DNA from: Tubiluchus corallicola
Taxonomy: Eukaryota > Animalia > Priapulida
Assembly: GCA_030141605.1 (NCBI GenBank)
Contig: JAQGDQ010000756.1
Span: 1-64,000 of the forward strand
Reading direction: 5' to 3'
Length of the DNA stretch: 64,000 nt
The notes under the pieces were generated by a model, which did no database searches, was not told the DNA's origin, and worked only from the letters and a program-made list of their open reading frames with translations. The translations under genes and the position numbers were made by a program. Of the stretch, positions 12,264 through 23,345 are shown in pieces; positions within the stretch are counted from its first letter, which is position 1; the number at the start of each line of letters is the position of its first letter.

Positions 12264-12416
12264 TTAAGACATCAGGCAGAGACGGAGCTGAAATTTCTGC
12301 GATGTGAAACGGCACAGACGAAGAACAGCGTTTCCATGACGAAGTCGCAGAACATGAACGTTTTGGGCAGTTCGGAAAACATGTACCAGCCGAGAAGCCA
12401 AGAGGCACCAAACTGA
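12264..12416 (+). CDS. SPATA1: SPATA1-like terminal coding exon (LRHQAETELKFLRCETAQTK...EAPN*)
   Basis: tttttcag| acceptor, TGA at 12414-12416, and AATAAA at 12898-12903 as a candidate polyA signal. Confidence 0.85.
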   Translation, partial: LRHQAETELKFLRCETAQTKNSVSMTKSQNMNVLGSSENMYQPRSQEAPN

Positions 12417-13028
12417 ATCATCTGTAGTAAGAGAAAATTGAAAATGTTTGAGCATGTGCAGTGCGTACAAACGACAAAGGTGATAATGACGTTCACGCGA
12501 ACGAAAATGAAATTATAAAAAATTATTTAAAATGAGTTGAAGATGCGAAGAGTACAGTTTGAAAAATTTGAAAACGTTTTCTTTTCTATAATTTTTCAAT
12601 AATTCTGCTAGAGAAATGACAAGCAATGCGGGTAATCTTGGCAGGTGATGTCATAATGATCATCGACGCCTGTTAAGGTTTCCCGTCTTGCTTTTTTTTC
12701 TGCCAGCTAAGGGCAGATTTCATATTCTTACGGAATTCTACTTGCCAAATGACTGCGTAATAGACGTAATGGGCGTGTGTTGGCGATGACGCTGACGACG
12801 ACGATGATGATGAAGGCTATTAGAAGCATCTAATATGTTACCATTGCTTTTTAAGCTGTGTTTTTTGTAATTTGTTAACATCTCTACTTAACTCTGTAAT
12901 AAACTATTTTAACAGCTAATGTAAATAGTGTCATAATTACTGATTAGCTGCTTCTTTTTTGTTTAACGACTCAACTACTTGTGACATGGATTGATTTGTG
13001 CAAAGGACATTATGCAAATTTATGCAGC

Positions 13029-13541
13029 CAGGGATGAGAATTTTCTGCGGAATTCCGAGTTTTTGGAAGACCAGTAGTGCTATTTTTGTAAATCGCGTAA
13101 ATTCGTTGAGAAAATTTTTACAGACCCAGTACATTATTTCACAAGCTGACCGCTAGGTGGCAGGCCGTCACTTTGTTTACATCACATACATCAGTGTAAC
13201 CACGTGTATATCTCTATGTATAAAAATATAGAATCAATTGTGCGGAGTTATTTGAGTCAATTGCAGACAGTTTTTATATACTTTTGCATAGGAGCGGCCA
13301 GTACTTAGGCGTTTTTGAGACAATTAGGTATCATGTATCCTTGATAGTTGGGTATTTTAAATTATGCATGAAACAAGGTAATTGATATTTTAAGTCCACT
13401 TAGAGGCTCTCTATGGTCACAAAATTGCAATTTGTTGCTGGCTCCAAGGGGGCTTTGCCTTCAACCCCATTGGGGGCCTAGGTGGCCCCAAAACCCCCGG
13501 CCTGTTTCAGAGTTTTTTGCAATTTGTCATTCTCATCTCTG
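13029..13541. mobile_element. hAT-like MITE, copy 1
   Basis: TIR CAGGGATGAGAA / TTCTCATCTCTG with flanking direct repeat ATGCAGC. A close second copy lies at 56449-56950. Confidence 0.8.
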
Positions 13542-13983
13542 ATGCAGCACAGCAGCTGAACAGTGCTTGGTTTCAGTTTATATCATGCTCAGTTGAGGGC
13601 CTGACGATTAAACATTTTATAACTTTTGCATACATAAAATAAACGTATAAATCCTAGCTGAAGTACTAGGAAGCCATTTTAGAGAGATCTGTGAGAAAAG
13701 TGGCTTCAATGTGCCGTCACTTCGCTCACATGATAATTACGGTTAAGAAGATTGCAACTCTGTGTTACCTCATTTAGTGGTTATGCCTTTAATAAGTCAT
13801 GAATTTAAACCATGTTCTTTAGTCATATTAAGTTTAGACATAAATTTATATTTCACGCAGTTGCAGAGCGAGATAAGTAGTTTGCATATTAAACAGTGGT
13901 TCAAAGGTGGTTTTCGCATGGGCTGTTCTTGCTATACAATCGAATGTAGTGTTTCTATTGTACAACATGCCAATGTATGTATT

Positions 13984-14718
13984 GGAACATGGTACCCATT
14001 GTTTGCCACAGACTTGAACACAGCATAGGATTTGTATTCGAACATCGTACCCATTGTTTGCCACAGACTTGAACACAGCATAGGATTTGTATTTGAACAT
14101 GGTACCCATTGTTTGCCACAGACTTGAACAGAGCATAGAATTTGTATTTGAACATGGTACCCATTGTTTGCCACAGACTTGAACAGAGCATAGAATTTGT
14201 ATTCGAACATGGTACCCATTGTTTGCCACAGACTTGAACAGAGCATAGAATTTGTATTTGAACATGGTACCCATTGTTTGCCACAGACTTGAACAGAGCA
14301 TAGAATTTGTATTTGAACATCGTACCCATTGTTTGCCACAGACTTGAACAGAGCATAGAATTTGTATTCGAACATGGTACCCATTGTTTGCCACAGACTT
14401 GAGCAAAGCATAGAATTTGAATTTGAACATGGTACCCATTGTTTGCCACAGACTTGAACAGAGCATAGAATTTGTATTCGAACATGGTACCCATTGTTTG
14501 CCACAGACTTGAACAGAGCATAGAATTTGTATTCGAACATGGTACCCATTGTTTGCCACAGACTTGAACAGAGCATAGAATTTGTATTTGAACATGGTAC
14601 CCATTGTTTGCCACAGACTTGAACAGAGCATAGAATTTGTATTTGAACATGGTACCCATTGTTTGCCACAGACTTGAACAGAGCATAGAATTTGAATTTG
14701 AACATGGTACCCATTGTT
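13984..14718. repeat. 55-bp minisatellite, ~13 copies
   Basis: Unit GAACATGGTACCCATTGTTTGCCACAGACTTGAACAGAGCATAGAATTTGTATTT. Confidence 0.95.
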
Positions 14719-15105
14719 TATGACTATGGTTATCTAGTCACATTTGTATCTTTATCGATATATTAATTATTAATGTGCTCATATGTTAAATGTGTTACTT
14801 AGAAAATTTATTATTTACCTTGAGACTAATGCAATTTTGTTAAAACTTATTTTAAAGAAAAGGTGTACATGTTATAATCGTACCGTCCTAATGCTAATTA
14901 TTATTATTGATTTCGCTATAATTATACGTGATCTGATTATGGTTATTCATGATATGTTAAGATGGGGCATTGATTGCTAGTGAAAAGATGGCAGATTCAT
15001 AAGGAGCTTGTATGCCCCGAGCATCTTGTTTATCTGTTCATATTAGTATATGCAGATGCAATTTTGTTGTTTAGATAATGGTTGATTACCCAATTATTAG
15101 TATGC

Positions 15106-16214
15106 CAAGGTTCCCTTGGTCGTGGAAAAATCCTGGAAAATCATTGTAAATACACTGTCCTGGAAAGTCATAGAAAGGTCAGGAAAAAGATAATTTGTTA
15201 AAAAGCCACGAAAAATGGTGAAATTGGGGTGAAAAGTCGAGAGAATTGGAAAGATTTGCCAAAATAATCGCGGTAAACCGATATTTTTCCAAACATATTT
15301 TTCAGCGATTCGTGTTCAAATAAAATTTTGCTATAACATTTTGATTTCTGCTCCAAAAATAAAGATTGGATTAAGAAAGTTTATTTAATGTGATTAGTGT
15401 AATTTCTTTAACACTACTGCAACTGTGCCGTCACATTGGTTGCTTGGCATCCTTCTGTCTGGGAAAATAATGGAGTGTGCGCCAAGAGAGTCAGTTATTG
15501 ATCACATTGATGGAGCTGCAGCGTCGACTGTGGCTGAGCAGTGCGATCCTTGAACGTCTCCAAGGCGCACGCCTGGGCAAGGTGTATGGAGATCCTGAGT
15601 TGCCCAGACAACAGGAACCCCCTCTCTTCCTCCCTGGTGTAGTCGAAAGGAAAGCGGAGCGATACGTTTGGCACAAGGTTGACTGCAGGAGCTGCTGGAG
15701 TCAGTGAGCATGCTGCACTGGTCCGCCTTCGGGGCTCCACTCCTGATTTGTAAGCTTTACTCCTCTACACATGGCCGTTGGGTCACTTGACCTCCTCCGC
15801 CCTTTAACCGTTGGGCTCCTCCGCCTAGTGTCGAGATACAGTGTGGGCATCCCGCAAGCTACCTGGTATTCCTAGGCGGTCACATTTTTTTGTTTTAAAC
15901 ATTACAGAAATAAAGATCGTGGTTTATATGAAAATTCAACTGAGACTTTTGAACTTGTCATAAATTCCTCTCAGAGACACTAACACAGGCTCTATGTTGC
16001 TTATCTTTGGTGATCAGACGAGAACCCGTGTTTTCAACGTGAATTGGCCGTATGTCGAAACATTATATATCAGTATACGTATCAATGTCCATACACAAAA
16101 ATGTTTGAATACGTATACTGATAATGCAATTTCTGCTTATGTTGGTCACGGAAAATCAATATTTGGTCTGGGAAACGTCAGCGAAATTTATCTTGATATC
16201 CTGTGGGAACCCTG
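15106..16214. mobile_element. hAT-like non-autonomous element with a 6-bp TSD and a nested insertion
   Basis: GTATGC|CAAGGTTCCC ... GGGAACCCTG|GTATGC; subterminal GGAAAA(G)TC repeats. Confidence 0.7.
15438..15878 (-). mobile_element. GC-rich retroposon-like insertion with a 5S rRNA-derived 5' end (SINE3-like)
   Basis: The minus strand begins (GTGAC)CGCCTAGGAATACCAGGT, which resembles 5S rRNA GTGACCGCCTGGGAATACCGGGT. GTCACATT is directly repeated at 15430-15437 and 15879-15886. Confidence 0.55.
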
Positions 16215-16759
16215 GTATGCTAATAATTGCGATTATATGGTTAGATTGCCTGTGATTATATATCCAGTATTCTGTATAGGGTTCTAATAAAATGTGATAA
16301 TATAATTATTAAGAAATTTATCCTGTATTTGAAAAACATGTTAAGTTTAAATTATATAGTTAATGCCTAATGTATGCATGCATGCACATGTTGCTATGAT
16401 TGTTAAAGTATCTCTATATCTGTTGTATATAATTATTATGATAAATAATAAATTATTCTAATTAGATCCAAAGATGAAGTTTTTTTTGATATATTTTTTA
16501 AAACGTGTGTCAGGGTTATATACAATGAATACAAGGTGGAACATTAAATGTTTAGCTACAGTTACTTAAGACAGAACAACAAACTAATTCCTGTTTCTGC
16601 TAGTTTGTATTTCACTGTTGTGTAATTGTTGTTAGTGATATTATACTTCCCTTCCTTCTGTCTCATTTCTGCTGTATGTCTCCACTTTTTCTAGATGCTT
16701 GTGTGACGTCATTTTTAGTGTAAAATCATCGTAAACAAAAAATTCGAACAATACGAACC

Positions 16760-17170
16760 ACAAAAATAACAATGACAACAATAGCAGTAGCAACAACAAA
16801 CCAGCAATGTCAAGGCAACGGTAGCAACAACAGCAGCGACTGAAATGCCAGTAGCGATAACCATAATAGTCAACAACAAACGAATAACAATGGTAATCGC
16901 AACGTCAGCACCAACAGCAATAACAGCAGCAGCAGCAACAACAATGACGACAACAGGAACAGCAACAAACGAACAACAACAGTAATGGCAACGGCAACAA
17001 AATGACAAAATAATGTAAAAATAACAGCTTTGATAATGATGAAGATGATTTGATGGTGGTGACAGTAATAATATCAAAAGAGCGAGCAAGAAATGAGACA
17101 GACAGCAACAACAGTAACAATTAACGAACAACAGACAAACAAACAAACCAAAAACCAAATAAAAACAAAT
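16760..17170. repeat. Degenerate (CAA/CAG)n low-complexity tract
   Basis: Visible trinucleotide runs. Confidence 0.8.
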
Positions 17171-17418
17171 GCAACAATATTTATAACTTTTAATTATTTA
17201 TTTTTTTTTAATCTATCTGTATCTATTGGTGGCCATTATATATTTTCAAGGCTTGATAAATATAGTTGTACTCAAAATGAAAATATAATTATTATGGAGC
17301 TAGCAATAATTAAATATGTACAAAAAAAATATACCCAGTCTATAGGTTGCGATATTTGTAATAAAAAGTTTGGCAAGAGGAAATCTTTAACCATGAAAAT
17401 TTGCTATTAGGAATGGTA

Positions 17419-18860
17419 GAAAGTTTGTCTGAATTTGGTACAGAGAAAGTTTGGTATTAGGAAAGTTTGGTACAGAGAAAGTTTGGTACAAGGAAAGTTC
17501 GGTACGGAAAACTCGTACAAGGACAATTTGGTACAGAGAAAGTTTGGTACAAGGACAGTTTGGTACAGAGAAAGTTCGGTACTAGGAAAGTTTCGCACAG
17601 AGAAAGTTTGGTACCAGGAAAATTCGGTACACAGAAAGTTTGGTACAAGAAAAGTTAGGTGCAGAAAAAGTTTGGTACAAGAAAAGTTTGGTACAGAGAA
17701 AGTTTGGCACAAGGAAAATTCGGTTCAGAAAAAGTTTGGTACAAGGAAAGTTTGGACAGAGAAAGTTTGGTACCAGGAAAATTCGGTACAGAGAAAGTTT
17801 GGTACTAGAAAATTGGTCAGAAAAGTTTGGTACAGAAAATTGGTACAGAGAAAGTTTGGTACAGGAATTTGGTACAGAGAAAGTTGGTACTAGGAAATTT
17901 GACAGAGAAAGTTTGGTACAGGAAAATTCGGTACAAGAAAGTTGGTACAGAAAATTGGTCAGAAAAGTTTGGTACGAAATTTGGTACAGAGAAAGTTTGG
18001 CACAAGGAAAATTCGGTTCAGAAAAAGTTTGGTACAAGGAAAGTTCGGTACAGAAAACTCGTAGAAGGACAGTTTGGTACAGGGAATGTTTGTACTAGGA
18101 AAGTTTGGCACAGAGAAAGTTTGGTACAAAGAGAATTCGGTTCAGAAAAGTGTGGTACAGAGAAAGTTCGGTACAGAGAAAGTTTGGCACAAGAAAAGTT
18201 TAGTTTGCAGAAAGTTTGGCACAAGGAAAGTTTGCTAAAGAGAAAATTTGGTACAAGGAAAGTTCGGTACAAAGAAAATTTGATAAAAGGAAAGTTTGGT
18301 ACAAAGAAAGTTCGGTACAGAAAAAAATTGGTACAAGGAATGTTTGGTACAGAGACAATATGGTACAAGGAAAGTTTGGCACACAGAAAGTTCGGTACAA
18401 AGAAGTGTGGTACAGAGAAAGTTTGGCACAAGGAAAGTTTAGTTCACAGAAAGTTTGGCACAAGGAAAGTTCGGTACAGAGAAAGTTTGGTACTAGGAAA
18501 CTTCGGTACAGAGAAAGTTTGGTACTTGGAAAGTTCGGTACAGAGAAAGTTTGGTACTAGGAAACTTCGGTACAGAGAAAGTTTGGTACAAAAAAATTTG
18601 GTACAAAGAAAGTTCGGTACAGAAAAAACTGGTACAAAGAATGTTTGGTACAGAGACAATATGGTACAAGGAAAGTTTGGCACACAGAAAGTTCGGTACA
18701 AAAAAGTGTGGTATTAGGAAAGTTCGGTACAGAGAAAGTTTGGCACAAGGAAAGTTTAGTTCACAGATAATTTGGTACAAGGAAAATTCGGTACAAAGAA
18801 AATTTGGTACAAGGAAAATTCGGTACAAAGAAAATTTGGTACAAGGAAAGTTCGGTACTA
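17419..18860. repeat. Degenerate ~16-bp tandem array (GAAAGTTTGGTACAGA / GAAAGTTCGGTACAAG)
   Basis: About 90 diverged units with internal block duplications, ending ~500 bp upstream of the ANK-cGLR ATG. Confidence 0.9.
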
Positions 18861-19360
18861 TGAAAATATATTTATGCCTACTCGAAAAAGTTATAAATCT
18901 ATCTATTGGTATCTATTGCTATCTATAAACAAAATGAACCTAAAAGACTGTATCAAACGTCCATGTTTAGAATTAAATATACAGCAACAATTTATCCAAG
19001 ACTCCATGCTTCCCTATTTACATCTGATAACAATGCTCAGACAAACTGCTTCTTATTTACCAGGATAAGTTGTTTGTTTGTTTGTCATCAGTTTGCTGTG
19101 ATTAAGGCACAACAGTCAGTCTTAATATCAAGATAAACAGTATGCACAAATTTTACTATCACAGCTTGTGGAATTATTATTTGCTAGAACGTTCTGCTAT
19201 CTGGTACAAGTTTACGTGCTTGAATATAAAATAAAGCATAAGGCCATTTTGTATGCTGTTTGTATGATATTTTTGATACACAATATAAATTAGCCACTTC
19301 GGTTTTTTTGCTACCTGACTAAAAGATTACAGTGAGAAGTGTTTTTGATTCATTGTTGAT

Positions 19361-21802
19361 ATGGAAAGAATCGAGGTACTTATTCACAGTGTGTCAGACG
19401 CCAATCAAAAATCGGAACTCGAGGCGTTACTAACTGGTTACCAATTTGCTCATCTTGGTGCAGATAGAACACAATGGCTCAACAAGCTGCTACATACTGC
19501 AACGCGCTTTAGCATGCATGAGCTTGTTCATGAACTTCTCGAAAGAGGAGCAGAAATAGAAAGTGCAGTAATCACTAAAAACTCTTCAGATCCAGATTAT
19601 ATAGAAGTAACCCCCCTTGAAGTTGCATGTTATTTGGGACATACTTTTCTTGCACAGCAACTCATTGAACGGGGTGCTGAAAAAAACTGTCTTTCTAGAA
19701 GGAATGGATGGTCGCCTTTAATATTAGCAGCTAAAAGGGGACATACAAAAATTTGTGAAATGCTGTTGATTCATGGAGCAGAAGTTGATGGCTTCCCAGA
19801 AACGTATAAAATACGACCTATACAGTATGCATCATCGGCAGGCCATATTGAAGTAGTGAAGCTGTTAATTAAATATGGCGCCAAAATTGATGAAGATCCT
19901 TACATTTCAGTTGATGGTCCTCCGCCCCTCCATGCTGCAGCATATCAAGGGCAGTTTGAAACCCTTGTTTTGCTGCTTCTCAAAGGTGCAAATGTCTTCT
20001 ACCTAGACATAAAAGGTGATACCGCTCTGCATGCGGCAGCAAGGCACGGAAATGTTCATTGTGCAGCACGTCTGATTTCTGCGGGCTCTGACATTCTGGC
20101 AGAAAATAATGATGGTTGGACCCCACTTTCCATAGCATGCATAAGACATAAACAGGGTGTTCTTGAACTGATATATAAAACTATGCTAGAGAGATATTCA
20201 CCCAAAGTAGTGAAACAGATAGTAAATAAACTTTACAATGGAGAAAGTTTAATTCATCTGGCTTGTCAAAATGCTCACTCGTCAGCTCAAAGTGTAGACG
20301 TTGTTAAATATCTCATTGATGTAGGAGTTCAGACCAAAATGTTAAATGAGTCTCATGAAACGGCTTATAATATGTGCATCTGCCGAGCTTACGAAAAGGC
20401 ACTGAACAGAAATTACAAACAAATTGCAGGAGTTTTTCTTTCTTATCGGTATTTTCAAATGTGGCATGTCACAGAAGATGATGAAGCTGTGACAGAGCTT
20501 TCTGTTGCAGGTGATGATGAAACTGTGTCAAAAAACATTTGTGGATTGTCTCTAAAGGACTTGGTTTCCGAGCCTGGGTTAGGAACAATTTCAAATGTAA
20601 AAGAATTTGACTGTATTAGAACCAATATAATGGAATTGTTAAATGCTGTTAGCAGAATTCTTTACGAAAATCATCGCATAAGATTTCTGCCCAAACTTGT
20701 TGGCAGTTCAGCATGTGGAGTAAAGATTGGCCAGCCAGATGAATTTGATTCTTTTGCTGTGGTACAACTGCATAGAGATTTCACAGCAGATTATTTCATC
20801 AAACATCATTCATTGTCTGATGGAAAATTAAAGGAGACGTTTTCCCAATACTTGTGCGAAGCCGTGGCAGCAGCTTTGCAAGAAGAAAAATTTAAAGAAA
20901 AGATTGTGCCAAACAGCTTTCCACATGTAGTGGAATGGAATAAAGTTTGTACATGTTTGAAATTATGTGTTCTGTTGCCAAACAAAAAAATAGCAGTCTC
21001 TGTAGATGTGACACCGTGTTTTGAAAAAGTGGGGGTACCAAAGAATGCCAATGATAAATGGCCAAAGTTTGTCAACAGTTATCACTACGTGCTCAAACCA
21101 GTCGAATTAAAAACAAAAGTTGAACCCACATTTGCTGTCGCTGAATGTGAATTTATAAAGAACTTAGACAACACCCGTAAGATGGTGTTTATCCTCATAA
21201 AGGTGCTAGTAAAGCCTGTCCTGTATTCTTGCAACAAAGAAATATATTTATATCCCAATCATCGTGCTACATTTCACAATGCTTTGGCCGCTGAAGATGT
21301 CAACTTGCCAGAATTATACGGAGCAATAAAGTATCAACCAGATAAGGTCATTGACGCATACATGTTAAAAGTGGCCTTCTTGCACGAAGTGGTGACCACT
21401 AAAGATGACTGGGGCACAGAAAACTTGAAAGCTCGTGCTGTCTCTATATTCCAGTACATTGGGCACTGTTGCCGAGAAGGCACAATGTTTCACCCACTGC
21501 TAAATGATGTCAATATCTTAGAAGATCTAAAACATAAAGAAATGAGTGGCATTCCATTGTTAACATTGGCAGAAGATGTAGCACATGCTATAGCCAACAA
21601 ATTAGATATTGATGCCATACCATCAAACAAAGGTCTAATGGAACCAGATTTTGAAAAGTACCATGCTATGTTAAAAACGCATGCAGTAAATCAGGCGGAA
21701 AGAATATTGAACAAGGCGGAAATTGAGACTGTTGATTCGTATTTAAGAAACGTTTGGAAAGATATAAAACAAAGTGATGAGAAACAGCAAAGTGCATCTT
21801 AG
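19361..21802 (+). CDS. Ankyrin-repeat / cGAS-like (Mab21-family) nucleotidyltransferase fusion, 813 aa, single coding exon (ANK-cGLR)
   Basis: 2.4-kb uninterrupted ORF with an in-frame TGA just upstream (19346-19348). The N-terminal half has ankyrin motifs (TPLEVAC, SPLILAA..GH, PPLHAAA..G, TALHAAA.HG, TPLSIAC, SLIHLAC). The C-terminal half has LVGSSACGVKIGQPDEFD, VSVDVTP, FILIK, AYMLK..FLH and W....L...A..IF.....C...G...HP....NIL, typical of Mab21/cGAS. AATAAA at 22119-22124. Confidence 0.9.
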   Translation: MERIEVLIHSVSDANQKSELEALLTGYQFAHLGADRTQWLNKLLHTATRFSMHELVHELLERGAEIESAVITKNSSDPDYIEVTPLEVACYLGHTFLAQQLIERGAEKNCLSRRNGWSPLILAAKRGHTKICEMLLIHGAEVDGFPETYKIRPIQYASSAGHIEVVKLLIKYGAKIDEDPYISVDGPPPLHAAAYQGQFETLVLLLLKGANVFYLDIKGDTALHAAARHGNVHCAARLISAGSDILAENNDGWTPLSIACIRHKQGVLELIYKTMLERYSPKVVKQIVNKLYNGESLIHLACQNAHSSAQSVDVVKYLIDVGVQTKMLNESHETAYNMCICRAYEKALNRNYKQIAGVFLSYRYFQMWHVTEDDEAVTELSVAGDDETVSKNICGLSLKDLVSEPGLGTISNVKEFDCIRTNIMELLNAVSRILYENHRIRFLPKLVGSSACGVKIGQPDEFDSFAVVQLHRDFTADYFIKHHSLSDGKLKETFSQYLCEAVAAALQEEKFKEKIVPNSFPHVVEWNKVCTCLKLCVLLPNKKIAVSVDVTPCFEKVGVPKNANDKWPKFVNSYHYVLKPVELKTKVEPTFAVAECEFIKNLDNTRKMVFILIKVLVKPVLYSCNKEIYLYPNHRATFHNALAAEDVNLPELYGAIKYQPDKVIDAYMLKVAFLHEVVTTKDDWGTENLKARAVSIFQYIGHCCREGTMFHPLLNDVNILEDLKHKEMSGIPLLTLAEDVAHAIANKLDIDAIPSNKGLMEPDFEKYHAMLKTHAVNQAERILNKAEIETVDSYLRNVWKDIKQSDEKQQSAS

Positions 21803-22975
21803 AAATGCATCAGTCATTTGGTTAAATCTAGTCATCAGAAATCCAATGGTTTAATAAGTATTACACGAATTCCAAGCAAATATTTGTATTTGGGAACTCA
21901 ATGTACAGTATCACTTGTACGAAATCGGCTTATGCAGAAAATTTCAACTGTCCGGGCATAACACTCTGATATACTTTGGCCTCAAGTATATTCTATTTTT
22001 AAGCAGAAATTCCTGTTGGAATTTGAGACGACCTTAATTTATCCTTGATTGATCGGTTGGTTTTTCCTGGAACTCTGTACAGCAGACAGTTCTCTTGGGC
22101 TACAGCAAGCAGGCGATCAATAAAATAGTGTGTGCGATCATGCAAGTGTACACCAGACTAAGCTACTCAACGGGCTAAGTTGCAATGTCGGAAAAGGGTG
22201 AGTTTTTCTTAATTTTATCCAATTAAATCTTAAATGCTAGAGTAAATAGCATGATTGGATAATGGAGATTCTCCTGAATAGAACAGTACCTAGTTTGTAA
22301 TCATTTAGTTATGTCTGTGCTCATACAGTAGCAGAAAGTCATGGGTCTTATAAAACCTACTTTCAGCGGTGCGGTGCTAAAAGGGTTAATTTAGGCTAAA
22401 TTATAAGCAGTAACAATTCACTAACAGTAATCTGAACAACTGTTAATAAACTACAACTTTGCACAACTGAACTGGCCGATTCCGCGCTGTATTTAACTAG
22501 GAATTGTATAATGTATATAGGCGAATATAGGGACGAGGTTTCACAGGGGGAGATAAGGAATTTGCTAAGTTACCCTACTTCGAGGTAACTTAGCTATAAC
22601 TTTGCTAGTACATTGAGAAGTATTTACTTAACGAGCGTAAAAGGACTTTTGAGGTTTGGTGAACTAAAACTGATAGCAGGCACTTTCACAATTATTAAAA
22701 GTAAAAAAATCGTCGTACTAGAAGCACTAATTGCACTCAGTGAAAAGAAATAGGCCTAATGCAATACGTGGCAATTATTAAATTTTGCAATTTTAAAACG
22801 CAGTTATTTGCCATGAAATTCATCAGTTTTTGCCCTGAAAATGTAGAATACATTTGGGAGGGCAACTGGTCCCCGCCTTGTATGCCTATGAGTGTAATAA
22901 TGAATTGAATCAGTGCTGTTACATTCTTAATAATGTGATTGTAAAATTTAATATCTACTTTTAAAAGTTTCTGAC

Positions 22976-23345
22976 TGTTGTGGAGATCGCTGGCATCTAT
23001 TAGAATTACGTAGAACATTGTAGAATGTTCCATTAGAATAATCGTCTTAACCTTGTAGAATGTTCTAGATAGAAACGTCTAGAATGTTCCCTGGCACCCT
23101 ATATAAGGCGAAGCAGGCCGCTGACAGACACACACAGATTCGCAGGGACGTCACTTACACATTCTCTTGTATACTTACATTTTCAGATACACTTAAACGT
23201 TTTCCAGATTTTCACGTTTAGTGTAATCATTTCGCGTTCCTTCATACTTTTGTGTTGTAGAATTCTCGCTTAATAGACTAGTTTAATTTGATGCAGTGTT
23301 TTCTGGTTTTCTCTACGAGCCTTCCGAGAGAAACAAAACACAACA
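22976..23345 (+). mobile_element. Solo LTR (370 bp) with a 5-bp TSD
   Basis: CTGAC|TGTTGTG...CACAACA|CTGAC. Internal TATATAA near 23100 and a polyA-like signal. A second copy lies at 62914-63280. Confidence 0.9.

Larger units (their letters stand above)
77..12416 (+). other. SPATA1: Spliced gene model (3' part), SPATA1-like coiled-coil protein; exons 77-293, 1323-1745, 3494-3538, 7475-7593, 7966-8094, 9084-9250, 11165-11263, 12264-12416
   Basis: All seven junctions are GT..AG and the phases (2,2,2,1,1,0,0) join into one open frame. The C-terminal peptide RNEARDLWKRRYFEEKKK...LRRRLDDDKLKLTSEVK LRHQAETELKFLR resembles the SPATA1 C-terminal coiled-coil domain (WKK.YFE.KK; D..KMKL..EVKMRKQA). 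The gene begins upstream of the window. Confidence 0.8.

Noticed and set aside
13846-18928. Long ORFs in the 55-bp and 16-bp arrays
   Set aside because: They are open in several frames and strands and are purely periodic, so they are repeat artefacts.
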